Part shown: piece by piece, positions 1-10,217 of the stretch
Layout: each line of letters starts with the position of its first letter
How positions within the stretch are numbered: the stretch's first letter is position 1
Virus record (IMG/VR): IMGVR_UViG_3300028864_000019
Coordinates: 1-64,000 of that record
Reading direction: 5' to 3' (one strand)
Length of the DNA stretch: 64,000 nucleotides
Source of the DNA: a virus
Notes under the pieces: model-generated
Database searches by the model: none
What the model was told of the DNA's origin: nothing
What the model saw: only the letters and a program-made list of their open reading frames with translations
Made by a program: the position numbers and the translations under genes

Positions 1-58
1 ATAAAAGACATCTTTTATGTGGTTATGTATAGGTTACAACCTAGTTATAGCCTTATTA

Positions 59-487
59 TTACTTTTCATTTTTAAGCTTTAGCAGATGTTCCAAACACTC
101 TTGTTCAGTAATTAATTTAATATCATCAACTTCTTCAGGTAAATAAGGTGAACATTGAAAATTTTCAATCTCGTACAATACATTATCTATTATCATAGGT
201 AATACCCACTTATTAATATATTCCTGTTCATCTGCATCATCTTCTAGTAATCCTTCAATATATTCTTTTGCAAACTCTTCAACTGGTTTATCAACTTCTG
301 TAATTTTGTATAATTCACAAGGAGACTCTAAGAACCAATCTCTACCCTCATAATCATGCCTAGAAAACCAAGTTGCTTCAGTTTTATCATTATAGGTTAC
401 TAAAGCATATGTACCAATTTCTAAATTACTATCTATCAAAAACGTTTCTACATTAATCACAATTTTTACCTCCATTAATAAAATCAT
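59..487 (-). CDS. hypothetical phage protein
   Basis: ORF track; co-oriented with neighbours; real start probably a few codons downstream of the GGAGG. Confidence 0.7.
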   Translation of the reverse strand: MILLMEVKIVINVETFLIDSNLEIGTYALVTYNDKTEATWFSRHDYEGRDWFLESPCELYKITEVDKPVEEFAKEYIEGLLEDDADEQEYINKWVLPMIIDNVLYEIENFQCSPYLPEEVDDIKLITEQECLEHLLKLKNEK

Positions 488-881
488 TTAACTTATTTTT
501 TAATTCATTGTACTTAGTACAATCGTTAGAATTATAAAACACATAAATATCTATTAGTTCAAGAAACAATTCATTATGTTTTTGTTTTACTTCTCTATCA
601 CGAACACCTTCTTCACATTTTGAACAGTCATCATTACATTCACTACAATCAGGAGCATCTTGCCAATAACCTAACCTTGGTAAATACCACAATAATAATT
701 CTCTAAATGAAATATTTTTACATTCATCTCTACTATAGAATTCAACCTTACCATTTTCTAAAGTATCTTCATCAAGAAAATTACACTGTTTCCAATACAC
801 ATCACAATCTAAATAACTAACAATTTCTTTTAATCTTTCTTTCATTAACTTTTCCTCCTTTAATATTTCAATAAAATACAT
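453..881 (-). CDS. hypothetical protein with Cys cluster (CSECNDDCSKC)
   Basis: ORF track; likely start MKERLK (845) after GGAGG. Confidence 0.75.
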   Translation of the reverse strand: MYFIEILKEEKLMKERLKEIVSYLDCDVYWKQCNFLDEDTLENGKVEFYSRDECKNISFRELLLWYLPRLGYWQDAPDCSECNDDCSKCEEGVRDREVKQKHNELFLELIDIYVFYNSNDCTKYNELKNKLNDFINGGKNCD

Positions 882-899
882 ATATTAAAAGTCAAACAT

Positions 900-1268
900 T
901 TATAATGTTACTTTGTCTAACATATTAATTTCAATGATTTCATAATCTCTGTAGCCATAATTATTTAATATATACTCTCTAATTGCATCATCATCATCTG
1001 CTCCGTTAGGTCTGTCTTTTTGTTCTACTTTAATTCTTATAGTATCTACATCTTCATTTTCATTAAATACTATACAATAATCACGATATACTTTATTTTC
1101 GTATGTATTATCACTCATAATTTCCTTAATCAATAAATCCAATTTTTCTTCATCGTCAGTGTTTAATTTATATTTTTGAGTTATATCGTCTAGACTCTTT
1201 TGACATTCTTGTTTTATATGTTCAAATAACTCATCTATATTATCAAATTCCATAACATTACACCTCAC
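900..1268 (-). CDS. hypothetical phage protein
   Basis: ORF track, acidic, GAGGTG RBS. Confidence 0.7.
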   Translation of the reverse strand: MRCNVMEFDNIDELFEHIKQECQKSLDDITQKYKLNTDDEEKLDLLIKEIMSDNTYENKVYRDYCIVFNENEDVDTIRIKVEQKDRPNGADDDDAIREYILNNYGYRDYEIIEINMLDKVTL

Positions 1269-1515
1269 AATTTAATAAATTAATAATTTCTAATACTTTA
1301 GTTCTTGCAGACTTTTCGGTTAGTTTAATATGAAAATCATATTCTCTATCTTCTAAAACACACAAAGCTTCAATCCAACCTAGTCCACCACGTTCTGTTA
1401 ACCTTTTTAATGTTTGACTATGATTTCTAATTGCTTGTTTTTCATGTAGTTTTATTATATCTAATGGTATATACTCTTTCGGTTTTGAACCGAGTATTGG
1501 AAATTTATTATCCAT
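1258..1515 (-). CDS. hypothetical protein, paralog of 17929..18177
   Basis: Both start MDNKFPILGS and share NHSQTLKRL.ERGGL.W.E. Confidence 0.8.
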   Translation of the reverse strand: MDNKFPILGSKPKEYIPLDIIKLHEKQAIRNHSQTLKRLTERGGLGWIEALCVLEDREYDFHIKLTEKSARTKVLEIINLLNCEV

Positions 1516-1609
1516 CTTACTTCACCCTTTCTAATATATCTCGTGTACAAGGTATTTAAAGCCACTTGTCATGGCAGTTTATACATAGACTACATATAAA
1601 CAATGTAGT

Positions 1610-2011
1610 CTATAACTTTTCATATAATTTCCCTCTAAGAACTTCTAATTGTTCTTTGAGCTTTCTATTTTCTTCTTGCAATTCTTTAATCTTTTTATCC
1701 TTAGCCATTATAATAATATTTTTCGATTTATCAGTTTTATCATATTTAAGTCTTTGCTTTATAACTTTTTCAGTTTGTTTATCTCTAAGTTCTTCAATTC
1801 TTTTCTTAATTTCAGCATTATTGTACATAAAAGTTTTAGATACACCACTTAGATTACAAACACTATTAAAGTTAATTTTCTGTTCGCCAAGCGACAGCTC
1901 TCGGATGGCTTTATCTACTTTTTCTAATGTTATTTTACTTTTATTTTTAGCATACTCATTTAAACCTTTTGTGCTTCCAACCATCTTAAGATTCCTCCCT
2001 TGACTTACCAT
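1610..2011 (-). CDS. tnpC: Tn554 TnpC-like (DUF6262) protein
   Basis: KVDKAIRELSLGEQKINFNSVCNLSGVSKTFMY HTH followed by coiled coil; position after recombinase. Confidence 0.8.
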   Translation of the reverse strand: MVSQGRNLKMVGSTKGLNEYAKNKSKITLEKVDKAIRELSLGEQKINFNSVCNLSGVSKTFMYNNAEIKKRIEELRDKQTEKVIKQRLKYDKTDKSKNIIIMAKDKKIKELQEENRKLKEQLEVLRGKLYEKL

Positions 2012-3644
2012 TCTTGTGAACTAATTTATATTGTCTAACTTTTTCTAATGTCTTTTCTAACATATCTAAATATTGTTGATTCTTTTCAGCCCAAAGTTCT
2101 CTACCAAACTTATTACTAGTTTCTATTTGGGTTTTAACCTTGTCTATTTCTTCTTCATATTCGGGAATATTTTCAGTTGTAGTACAGAAACTTGCACAAG
2201 TTAAGCAATGATTCATTTGTTGCTTACAAGGTAATTTGGAAGGCTTAAAACATACTCCAAAAGGAACTCTAACTGCATCTAAATTCTTTTTAACATATTC
2301 ATATCTAATCAAATTCTCGCCAGTATCAGAAGTTAAATCTATCTTTTCAAGGTCGTTAGTTTTGGTATCAACTTTGAAAAGTTCTAAGTCCTCAGTATCC
2401 TTCCATTTTTCGTAAAGAATATTTTCACTAACAGTCGCATAATGAACTGTCATTTGAAGGCTTCTATGACCTAAAATTTGTTGTATAATACTAATCCCAA
2501 TACCTTGTTCAACATATTCTTTAGCTCTTGTATGACGTAATGAATGAAGTTTAAAATGATATAACTCTCCATTAGCATTTCTAATATCTTTTTGTTCAAT
2601 TAGTCTTTTAATACAATCTACAAAAGTTCTTTTATTTATTGGAGTTCCTCTTAATTTTCCTTCATAAATATTAAATAAATACTTATTAGGATTATTTACT
2701 TCTGTACTTAATTCCTTAGCTTTATCAATAGACCTTTGAACCATTTCAGCAATTTTGTCTCTTATTGGAATTTTAAGTTGTGCTATTCCTGTCTTAGTTA
2801 TTTCACCACTTATTTTTATAAATACATGATTAGTTTCAACTTCTTCTGTATGATATTCAGCTATATATTCCATAAACATATCAGCCAAATTTTGATATAT
2901 ATCAATTCTTCTTGGACTTGATACTGTTTTTATTTCAGCATTATTCTCAAGCTCACCACGGTCTTTAAGGTCAATTATCATATTACTAATATCAAAGTCT
3001 TCAATCCATAATGACAAGGCTTCGCCGATGCGTATGCCAGTTTCATAAAGCAAGTTTAATAAAAATTTATCTCTAAAATTATTACAAGTGTTTATGAGTA
3101 TTGTTATTTCTTCCTTAGTTAATGTTTTAGGTTTAGACTTTGGAACTTTAAGCCTTAATATATTGCTTGTAACTTTCTTTTGTTCATGAGCAATTCCATA
3201 TAAGAATCCTTTAAAATTTCTACTTGGAGTAGATACAAACTTTTTAAGTCTCTCTGAAATATTATTGCTATATTCCTCATGTCTTAAAATATAATCATAG
3301 AAAGCTAAAACTGTATTTACCACGATATTTATGGTTCTTGGACTTCTTGCTGAATCTACTTTATTAGTTGGTATTACCTTTAAACTCTTATAAGGATTTT
3401 GTAACCAATTAACAAACAAAGCTAAATCATCAATAGTTACCTTTTGAAAGTCTAAATCTCTTTGTTCTAAATACTCAAAGTATAACTTCAAATGTTGACA
3501 ATACATTCTCAAAGTATTTCTTGCGAAATTAGTATTATCTTTAAATCTTATAAACTTCAATATTGATTCTATGGGTAGCCCATCATCGTCTGCTACAAAA
3601 TATCTCTCTTTATCATCTTCTGTTCTTACCTTTACTACTTCCAT
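1986..3644 (-). CDS. tyrosine recombinase, TnpA N-terminus fused to TnpB C-terminus
   Basis: ETGIRIGE (R), HSLRH, LGH, VHY; TnpA-like start, TnpB-like Cys-rich tail (GVC..PCKQQMNHCLTCASFCT). Confidence 0.8.
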   Translation of the reverse strand: MEVVKVRTEDDKERYFVADDDGLPIESILKFIRFKDNTNFARNTLRMYCQHLKLYFEYLEQRDLDFQKVTIDDLALFVNWLQNPYKSLKVIPTNKVDSARSPRTINIVVNTVLAFYDYILRHEEYSNNISERLKKFVSTPSRNFKGFLYGIAHEQKKVTSNILRLKVPKSKPKTLTKEEITILINTCNNFRDKFLLNLLYETGIRIGEALSLWIEDFDISNMIIDLKDRGELENNAEIKTVSSPRRIDIYQNLADMFMEYIAEYHTEEVETNHVFIKISGEITKTGIAQLKIPIRDKIAEMVQRSIDKAKELSTEVNNPNKYLFNIYEGKLRGTPINKRTFVDCIKRLIEQKDIRNANGELYHFKLHSLRHTRAKEYVEQGIGISIIQQILGHRSLQMTVHYATVSENILYEKWKDTEDLELFKVDTKTNDLEKIDLTSDTGENLIRYEYVKKNLDAVRVPFGVCFKPSKLPCKQQMNHCLTCASFCTTTENIPEYEEEIDKVKTQIETSNKFGRELWAEKNQQYLDMLEKTLEKVRQYKLVHKNGKSREES

Positions 3645-3811
3645 ATTTCCATATACACTCCTATACTTCGATTAATATCTACATATAGTTTGCTATAATT
3701 ACTATAAAATATACAACAATATATCAAGTTATTATAGTTTTATTCTTATAGTAAAGTGTTATATAAAATACTATAAATACTACTTAGTTATCTACACTAT
3801 ATTCTCTAATT

Positions 3812-4204
3812 TTAATTATTCCATAATTCATATGGAATAGAGTCATCAATATCTATAAAAGCTATTTCTTTTTCTTCTTCATCTATAAACACTGCATATT
3901 TATCTACAAGCTTAGTGGACATACCATGTTCTTTATTCCATTCTATTTCTGCTACTTGATTATATGGTTTAATAGTATCTTCATCAATAATAACTTTACT
4001 AAATCCTAAATCAGTTGCTCCTCCACAAATACCTCTACTACCATATGTATTTTTAATCAAATAGTAAGTCCATTGATCTTCCATTGTATACCAAGGTTTT
4101 TCAACTGCAACATATCCTATTTCTAATTCACCAGTTTCTATATTTCTAGCTATATATTGAAAATCTTGTTGTTTATTTTCTTTGTCAAATATTAATACAT
4201 TCAT
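3812..4204 (-). CDS. hypothetical phage protein
   Basis: ORF track with GAGGAG RBS. Confidence 0.75.
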   Translation of the reverse strand: MNVLIFDKENKQQDFQYIARNIETGELEIGYVAVEKPWYTMEDQWTYYLIKNTYGSRGICGGATDLGFSKVIIDEDTIKPYNQVAEIEWNKEHGMSTKLVDKYAVFIDEEEKEIAFIDIDDSIPYELWNN

Positions 4205-4317
4205 TTTTATTTTTCTCCTCTATCATTTTATATAATTTATCAATTTCCAAATAAAATACATTTTTTAATTGGAAATTCAATTGCTACAACCCAGTCATAG
4301 ACTCATTCTTGTTTTTA

Positions 4318-5271
4318 CTAAAATTTATATTGTTTCAATATATCTACTATAGCATCAGCAGTCCAACCATTGCCAATAGCTTTTATTCTAGCTTTATCAC
4401 TTAATCCATATGTATATCCATCTGGTAATGTCTGAAGTCGTTCTAACTCGGTAATAGTAAACTTTCTGACTATGCCATCATAATAAACACATATATCACA
4501 ACTACAATCTAAGGTGTTTGATTTGTCTTTTATAACTCGTCCACGTCTTGTCTTACTTGTTGGGAACTGAAGATTAACTCCATCTCCATTCTCTGCCACA
4601 ATATACCCTTGCTTAGTAGCTTGCCTTATTCTTACCTCACCATTAACAACATCTATTAAATTATAGCATTTCTCACTTATGTTAGGATCTATTAATAATC
4701 CTTTATATTTTATGTAATTGCTTGTATCAACTTTTTCTAATATGTCTAATAATTTAATTCGTTTATCTTTTGGCGGTTCTATATATGTACTTGTCCAATA
4801 TAAACGTGGTCGGTTTTGTGCTGAAATAAGTTTACTATTAATCAATGTATATTCACATTTTAAATAATCACTTATAACGTCCCTCCATTCTTTTTTCATT
4901 TCAACATTTTCAAGTAGAAATTGCACATTAGGATTATTATATTTTCTAATTAAATCTAAAACTCTTACATAATCAAAAAATAATTTACTTCTAATATCTT
5001 CAAAATTTAAACATAACCCATTTTTTGAAAACCCCTGACAAGGTGAACCTCCAATAAGTAAATCAATCTTGGGTAAACTTTGTATTAATTCTTTATCTAT
5101 TTTAGTTATATCACCTAATCTAATTATATCGTCAAAGTTATTTTTACTAATATGTATTGCATTTTCATCAATCTCACTTGCATAATACTTATCCACATCA
5201 ATTCCTGCTCTTTGGCATACTAATCTTCCTGTACTGTGTCCATCGAATAAACTTACTATATTTATTTCCAT
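4318..5271 (-). CDS. DNA (cytosine-5)-methyltransferase
   Basis: Motif I SLFDG, IV GGSPCQGFS, VI ENV, VIII QNRPR, IX-X ERLQTLP..IGNGW. Confidence 0.92.
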   Translation of the reverse strand: MEINIVSLFDGHSTGRLVCQRAGIDVDKYYASEIDENAIHISKNNFDDIIRLGDITKIDKELIQSLPKIDLLIGGSPCQGFSKNGLCLNFEDIRSKLFFDYVRVLDLIRKYNNPNVQFLLENVEMKKEWRDVISDYLKCEYTLINSKLISAQNRPRLYWTSTYIEPPKDKRIKLLDILEKVDTSNYIKYKGLLIDPNISEKCYNLIDVVNGEVRIRQATKQGYIVAENGDGVNLQFPTSKTRRGRVIKDKSNTLDCSCDICVYYDGIVRKFTITELERLQTLPDGYTYGLSDKARIKAIGNGWTADAIVDILKQYKF

Positions 5272-5282
5272 ATATTTTCTCC

Positions 5283-6245
5283 TTAGTTGAAATTATTTTC
5301 TATGTATTCTTTTAATTTATCTGCAATTGCTTGTACTACGTTTAAACTCATAGCATTACCCATCATTCTATATGCTTGTGTGTCACTAATAACTATTCTA
5401 TATGTATCAGGTAATCCTTGAAGTTTTAAGCATTCTATAGGAGTTAACCTTCTAACATTAGTTTTGTTTACTGGTTTGTATTCTGTAGATATGTAATTAT
5501 CAGTATCAGCTCTATGCATCTTGTGCATTGTTGAAGTCAACGTTCTAGCTATAGGTAAATTAATCTCCATCTTGCCACTAATCCAACCTTTTGTTCCGGG
5601 ACTCATTATACAATCATACATTTTTTGAGTTAAATAATATTTATCATCAACACTAGGTTCTAATAAATCTTGCATTGTTAATTTTAGTTCTACTGGCTTT
5701 GGAAATTCAAAATTAAATTCACCTAAGTCTTTTCTTTGACCTATTATATACCATCTTCTTCTTGAATGTGGAATTCCAAATTCTGATGTATTTATTAATT
5801 GATATTTTATATTATAATTTTCTTGCATCATTTCTATAACTACCTTAAAATCTTCTCCATTATTACTACTAGATAAATTTCTAACATTTTCAAATATGAA
5901 CCAGCTAGGTAATTTTTCATTTAATATTCTCATGTAATCAAAGAACAAGCAACTTTCTTCACCTTTTAAACCCTTAACTTTGTTATCTTCCGACCATGTT
6001 TTAGACATCATAGAAACTTGAGTACAAGGTGATCCACCAATTAAAATATCAAAATTTGGCAATTCTTTTTCGTTAATTTTTGTAATATCTCCATAATTAA
6101 TTCTATTAGGGAAATTAGCTTTATAGTTTTTAATTGCAAACTTATCAAATTCAGAATATCCTATATTTTCACAACCTATATTATCTAACGCAATACCTCC
6201 AATTCCTGTTCCTGCAAATAATTCAAAATACTTTTTCTTTTCCAT
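5283..6245 (-). CDS. DNA (cytosine-5)-methyltransferase
   Basis: ELFAGTG, GGSPC, FENV, PHSRRR, RRLTPIECLKLQG, MGNAM. Confidence 0.92.
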   Translation of the reverse strand: MEKKKYFELFAGTGIGGIALDNIGCENIGYSEFDKFAIKNYKANFPNRINYGDITKINEKELPNFDILIGGSPCTQVSMMSKTWSEDNKVKGLKGEESCLFFDYMRILNEKLPSWFIFENVRNLSSSNNGEDFKVVIEMMQENYNIKYQLINTSEFGIPHSRRRWYIIGQRKDLGEFNFEFPKPVELKLTMQDLLEPSVDDKYYLTQKMYDCIMSPGTKGWISGKMEINLPIARTLTSTMHKMHRADTDNYISTEYKPVNKTNVRRLTPIECLKLQGLPDTYRIVISDTQAYRMMGNAMSLNVVQAIADKLKEYIENNFN

Positions 6246-6273
6246 TCTTTTAACTTCCTTTCTTTTTATGTAT

Positions 6274-7176
6274 TTAATTTATTTTTAATTCTTTAATAAT
6301 ATGTACAATTGTATCAATATTCCATCCGTTCCCTATGGCTTTATATCTATTACCACATGAAACCCCTTTTACATTTGTGTAATTGTCTGGTAATCCTTGT
6401 AGCCTTTCACACTCAATTTCTGTGAATCTTCTTAATCCGTAATCATCTTTAATTATATTTGGTGCTGATCTATCTCTTCTAAAGCAATGAGGAACTACAG
6501 TATTTGATTTACCATACTTTATACTCTTATTGTAGAAATCATATATAGGAGTTCCTTTTGACCATTTACATGAGACTTCTCTACAAACATCAGCATGTAA
6601 TAATTGATGCTCTTTGCAATAATGTCCTTCCTCAACCTTTTGCTTCTCTATAATATCATCTATGTATATTTCTTTATCATTTATATTTTGTATGTATTCT
6701 ATGTTTGTCCAATAATAACGCTCTCTATTTTGTGCTGAAAATAAATTTGAATTTATAAGCTTACCTTTAATTCCTATGTAGTCATTAATTACCTCAATCC
6801 ATTCTTGTTTCATTTTCACATTCTCTAATAAAAATTTAACATTGGGATTATTATTTTCTTTTATCCAATTCAAGATATTAATAAATTCAAAAAATAATTT
6901 ACTTTGTTTATGTTCAAAATTCAATCCATTCCCTATTCTTGAAAATCCTTGACATGGACTTCCTGCTAATATTAAATCAATTTTGGGCAAGTTCCAATTT
7001 TTCCACTCAGTAACGTCTCCTAATTTATTTTTAACATCTTGTGGATAATTTTTATCAGCTATTAACATTGCATCTTTATCAATCTCACTTGAATAATAAT
7101 TATCTACTTCAATCTGTGCTTTTTCTAATACTACTCTTCCACAACTTATTCCATTAAACAAACTTAATACATTCAC
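6274..7176 (-). CDS. DNA (cytosine-5)-methyltransferase
   Basis: SLFNG, GSPCQGFS, ENV, QNRER, ECERLQG, IGNGW. Confidence 0.92.
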   Translation of the reverse strand: MNVLSLFNGISCGRVVLEKAQIEVDNYYSSEIDKDAMLIADKNYPQDVKNKLGDVTEWKNWNLPKIDLILAGSPCQGFSRIGNGLNFEHKQSKLFFEFINILNWIKENNNPNVKFLLENVKMKQEWIEVINDYIGIKGKLINSNLFSAQNRERYYWTNIEYIQNINDKEIYIDDIIEKQKVEEGHYCKEHQLLHADVCREVSCKWSKGTPIYDFYNKSIKYGKSNTVVPHCFRRDRSAPNIIKDDYGLRRFTEIECERLQGLPDNYTNVKGVSCGNRYKAIGNGWNIDTIVHIIKELKIN

Positions 7177-7289
7177 TTTTTCACTTCCTTTACATTATTC
7201 GTTTAATATAATTTATTAATAACCAAATAAAACTAATATTTTACTTGCTTGTCCAAGTCTGTAAAGTGTCTTATAGCCTCATTCTTTAT

Positions 7290-7502
7290 TTATAATAAAT
7301 ATGATTCTTCGAAATATTTCTCTTTAAAATCTTCACTCATCCATCTTTTTAATTTTTCATCGTCAAAAGTATAGCCTATAAACCCTTTTATTTTAGTCCA
7401 TCTATTTTCTACGTAGTGCATTTTATAATGCCTATCCTTTGTGAAAATTATATCGTCAGTTGGTTCGGCTTCGATTGTTTCTTTACATATCAGCGTAGTC
7501 AT
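7290..7502 (-). CDS. hypothetical protein
   Basis: ORF track. Confidence 0.7.
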   Translation of the reverse strand: MTTLICKETIEAEPTDDIIFTKDRHYKMHYVENRWTKIKGFIGYTFDDEKLKRWMSEDFKEKYFEESYLL

Positions 7503-7503
7503 A

Positions 7504-8226
7504 TTATCTCTTAGCTCCTTTCACTAAATCATAAATATCTATACCATACTCCTCACAAGCATGTTTTAAAAAGTCATTTATATTATCTTTTACATTTTCT
7601 TTATAAATACTTCCTGTTCTTTCTAAATGTTCTTCACTTTGTTTTATTAGTTCATCTATGTTCATATAATACTCTTCATTACATTCACAAATAGGGTCAT
7701 TATATTCTTTTATTAAATCTAATCCTATTTCTACTCTATGTCTAGTTTCATGAGTCATATCCCACTTATAATAATTCTGTAGATAGTATTCTTGGGCAGT
7801 TCCACCAAATTTTCTAGACATAGCCTTTAAATCAACGACCATCTGTCTTATATATTTCATAGGCATGTTTAATAATTCCCACTGCTCAGGATGATGAGAG
7901 TTAGATTTATAATGATGTTCCCATGCTTTATTAAACTGTTCTTCTACATCTTCTTGTGAAATACACTTATCACTCATTCCAGTTAATTCTAATAATTTTC
8001 TTGAAGCTTGTTTTCCACCATAGAACTTCCAAGCATAAGGCTTAAATTCCTTAGAACTAAATTTACTTAAATCATGTGTAAAAGCATGGACAAATAGTTC
8101 CCTAGCTATTCTCCTATTATTACTTTTATCATATTTTTCATTCCAGTATCCTTTACTTACAATCATACATTCAATAAATACATTTTTCTTATGTTCTAGT
8201 ACATATTTTAAATATTCATAATACAT
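7504..8226 (-). CDS. HD-like metal-binding protein (DUF5662-like)
   Basis: HK, HDLSK, WEHHYKSNSHHPEQW, MVVD motifs. Confidence 0.7.
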   Translation of the reverse strand: MYYEYLKYVLEHKKNVFIECMIVSKGYWNEKYDKSNNRRIARELFVHAFTHDLSKFSSKEFKPYAWKFYGGKQASRKLLELTGMSDKCISQEDVEEQFNKAWEHHYKSNSHHPEQWELLNMPMKYIRQMVVDLKAMSRKFGGTAQEYYLQNYYKWDMTHETRHRVEIGLDLIKEYNDPICECNEEYYMNIDELIKQSEEHLERTGSIYKENVKDNINDFLKHACEEYGIDIYDLVKGAKR

Positions 8227-8459
8227 TATTTCTCCTCCTCAACTTCTTCTATAACTCTAATATCTTCATTTTCGATTTTAATTTCACTAGGCTTAATCCC
8301 CATCTTAAATGCTAAACCTTCAATTAGATCTTCTCTATCTTTATCAGTTACAAAAGGTTCTCTATTCTTAATTGCAGTTAACGCTTCTTCTGTTAAGTCG
8401 TTTTCATTAATATCTAATATTGCATCTATTATATAATCTAATTTGTATTTAATTTTCAT
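8226..8459 (-). CDS. hypothetical protein
   Basis: ORF track, GGAGG RBS. Confidence 0.7.
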   Translation of the reverse strand: MKIKYKLDYIIDAILDINENDLTEEALTAIKNREPFVTDKDREDLIEGLAFKMGIKPSEIKIENEDIRVIEEVEEEK

Positions 8460-8492
8460 TTCTTTATTCCTCCTAATTTTTCTCCCATTATA

Positions 8493-8687
8493 TTATTGTC
8501 TTATAGGTATATCTAACTTAGTTATAGTTGGCATTACTTCTGCTACTAAATTAACTTTATTAAATTCTTCATTAATAATCTTCTGTATCTTCTCTAGTAC
8601 ATTAAGTAAATTATCTTCATCTGTTTTAATATCAAATTCTAGTTTAAAATGTAACTTTGGGTTTGGTATTCTTTTATTCTCAAACAT
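8493..8687 (-). CDS. hypothetical protein
   Basis: ORF track. Confidence 0.65.
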   Translation of the reverse strand: MFENKRIPNPKLHFKLEFDIKTDEDNLLNVLEKIQKIINEEFNKVNLVAEVMPTITKLDIPIRQ

Positions 8688-8693
8688 TAATTA

Positions 8694-8795
8694 TCACTTC
8701 TCCTCTTTATTTTTTACTCTATAATATATTTCAAACCATACTATACCACCCATAACAAACCCTATGAACCAAGCTAAGAAATATTCCCACCACAT
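8694..8795 (-). CDS. 33-aa membrane peptide MWWEYFLAWFIGFVMGGIVWFEIYYRVKNKEEK (not in ORF track)
   Basis: Read by hand; AGGGAAGTG RBS; one hydrophobic helix then charged tail. Confidence 0.6.
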   Translation of the reverse strand: MWWEYFLAWFIGFVMGGIVWFEIYYRVKNKEEK

Positions 8796-8825
8796 TTAAT
8801 TCACTTCCCTTATTAATTTAAAATA

Positions 8826-9098
8826 TTATTTTAGATCCACTATTTTATTCTTAATTAATGTAAATAATTTAATACATTCTTCATTATCTGATAATTGTAA
8901 TGTTAAATTTCCACCATTCTCATAAGAGACTATTCCATCAAAATCATCTCTGAAAAAAGACATATTTACATTATAATCTTGGGTACTTTTTATCTCATTG
9001 ATTTCATAACCTTGATCTGAAATAGCTTTTGCTAATATAATAAGCTTGTTCATATTTGGCATATCAAGACTATTATCAAAATATAATTTATTCATCAT
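8826..9098 (-). CDS. hypothetical protein
   Basis: ORF track. Confidence 0.7.
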   Translation of the reverse strand: MMNKLYFDNSLDMPNMNKLIILAKAISDQGYEINEIKSTQDYNVNMSFFRDDFDGIVSYENGGNLTLQLSDNEECIKLFTLIKNKIVDLK

Positions 9099-9127
9099 TT
9101 TTTATTTCAACTCCCTTTAATTTGTCA

Positions 9128-9826
9128 TCATATTTCATTTATATTATTTTTGTCCCATTCAAGTTCAATATTCTCTAAATGATTTAATAAAATATCTACT
9201 CTTTCTTTACTATAAAAATCTTGTTTTGGATACCATTCTAAAAAGTCTCCGTCATGTTTCTTAGAATTACATCTTTTACATGCTGGAACTATATTATCTA
9301 AAGTGTATCCTCCACCTTTTATAACTGGAATGAAATGATCGTGTGTTATTGGTAAGTCTTCGCCACAATAACAACATTTATTATCAAATTTATTCTTTAT
9401 GTATTCCCATTGTTCCTCTGTTAAAGTATATGGCAGATTATCTACTCTATCTTTTCTTCTTTTTACTATCACATCCCATTTATCAGGATTTTCCATGCGA
9501 TAATTTTTATGATATTCTCTGAAATATTCTGTATGTTCTTCTCTCCATTTAATAGACTCTAATTTATATTCTTCTATATTTTTTTCGTAATATCTTCGCT
9601 TATTTTCTTTGAAAAATGGTTTAATTTTTTCTTTATTACTTTTATAATATTCTTTGGTTTGTGCTTTTATTTTATCCTTCTTTTCTTGATATCTTTTAGC
9701 ATTATATTCTTTTGTACATTTTTTACAGTTTGGGCTTAAACCATCTTTACAATTTTTATTTCTATCAAAATATTCTGCTGTAGCAGGTATCTTCTCGTTA
9801 CATGTGTAACATACTTTATAAATCAT
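9128..9826 (-). CDS. HNH endonuclease with N-terminal Zn finger
   Basis: CCYCG..THDHFIPVIKGG..NIVPACKRCNSKK. Confidence 0.88.
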   Translation of the reverse strand: MIYKVCYTCNEKIPATAEYFDRNKNCKDGLSPNCKKCTKEYNAKRYQEKKDKIKAQTKEYYKSNKEKIKPFFKENKRRYYEKNIEEYKLESIKWREEHTEYFREYHKNYRMENPDKWDVIVKRRKDRVDNLPYTLTEEQWEYIKNKFDNKCCYCGEDLPITHDHFIPVIKGGGYTLDNIVPACKRCNSKKHDGDFLEWYPKQDFYSKERVDILLNHLENIELEWDKNNINEI

Positions 9827-9887
9827 ATACTTTATATTTCTCCTTCGTATTTATTAATTTCCTTTTAAAAACATTATTTTAAGTTAA

Positions 9888-10217
9888 TCATTTATCTTCG
9901 CTTTCTTTAAATTCAACTATTCTTTTATCTCCGTTTTTATAATAAATAATGCAACTATTTCTAAACATTTCTTTTTCTACTTCATCTACGGGTGTACTAT
10001 AAATCATTGGTTCTTCTTTTCCTTCACTATCACTTCCATAAATAACATCCCATCTAGCACCACAACATTCACAAAATTCACTATAATCTTCAGTTATATC
10101 AAACATTTTACTATTTGCTTCATGAACGTTGTCTGCCTCAATAATTAAATATTCTCTTACATTCTCATTTTCTATAAAATATCCACCACTATTATTTTGG
10201 TCATATGTATAAAACAT
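9888..10217 (-). CDS. conserved phage hypothetical protein
   Basis: YDQNNSGG and CECCGARW motifs. Confidence 0.75.
   Translation of the reverse strand: MFYTYDQNNSGGYFIENENVREYLIIEADNVHEANSKMFDITEDYSEFCECCGARWDVIYGSDSEGKEEPMIYSTPVDEVEKEMFRNSCIIYYKNGDKRIVEFKESEDK

Larger units (their letters stand above)
1535..3805 (-). mobile_element. Tn554-family tyrosine-recombinase transposon derivative (tnpA/B fusion + tnpC); ends approximate
   Basis: Recombinase followed by overlapping TnpC-like gene, interrupting a run of phage genes; repeated TACTATA/TATAGT motifs at 3680-3800. Confidence 0.7.
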
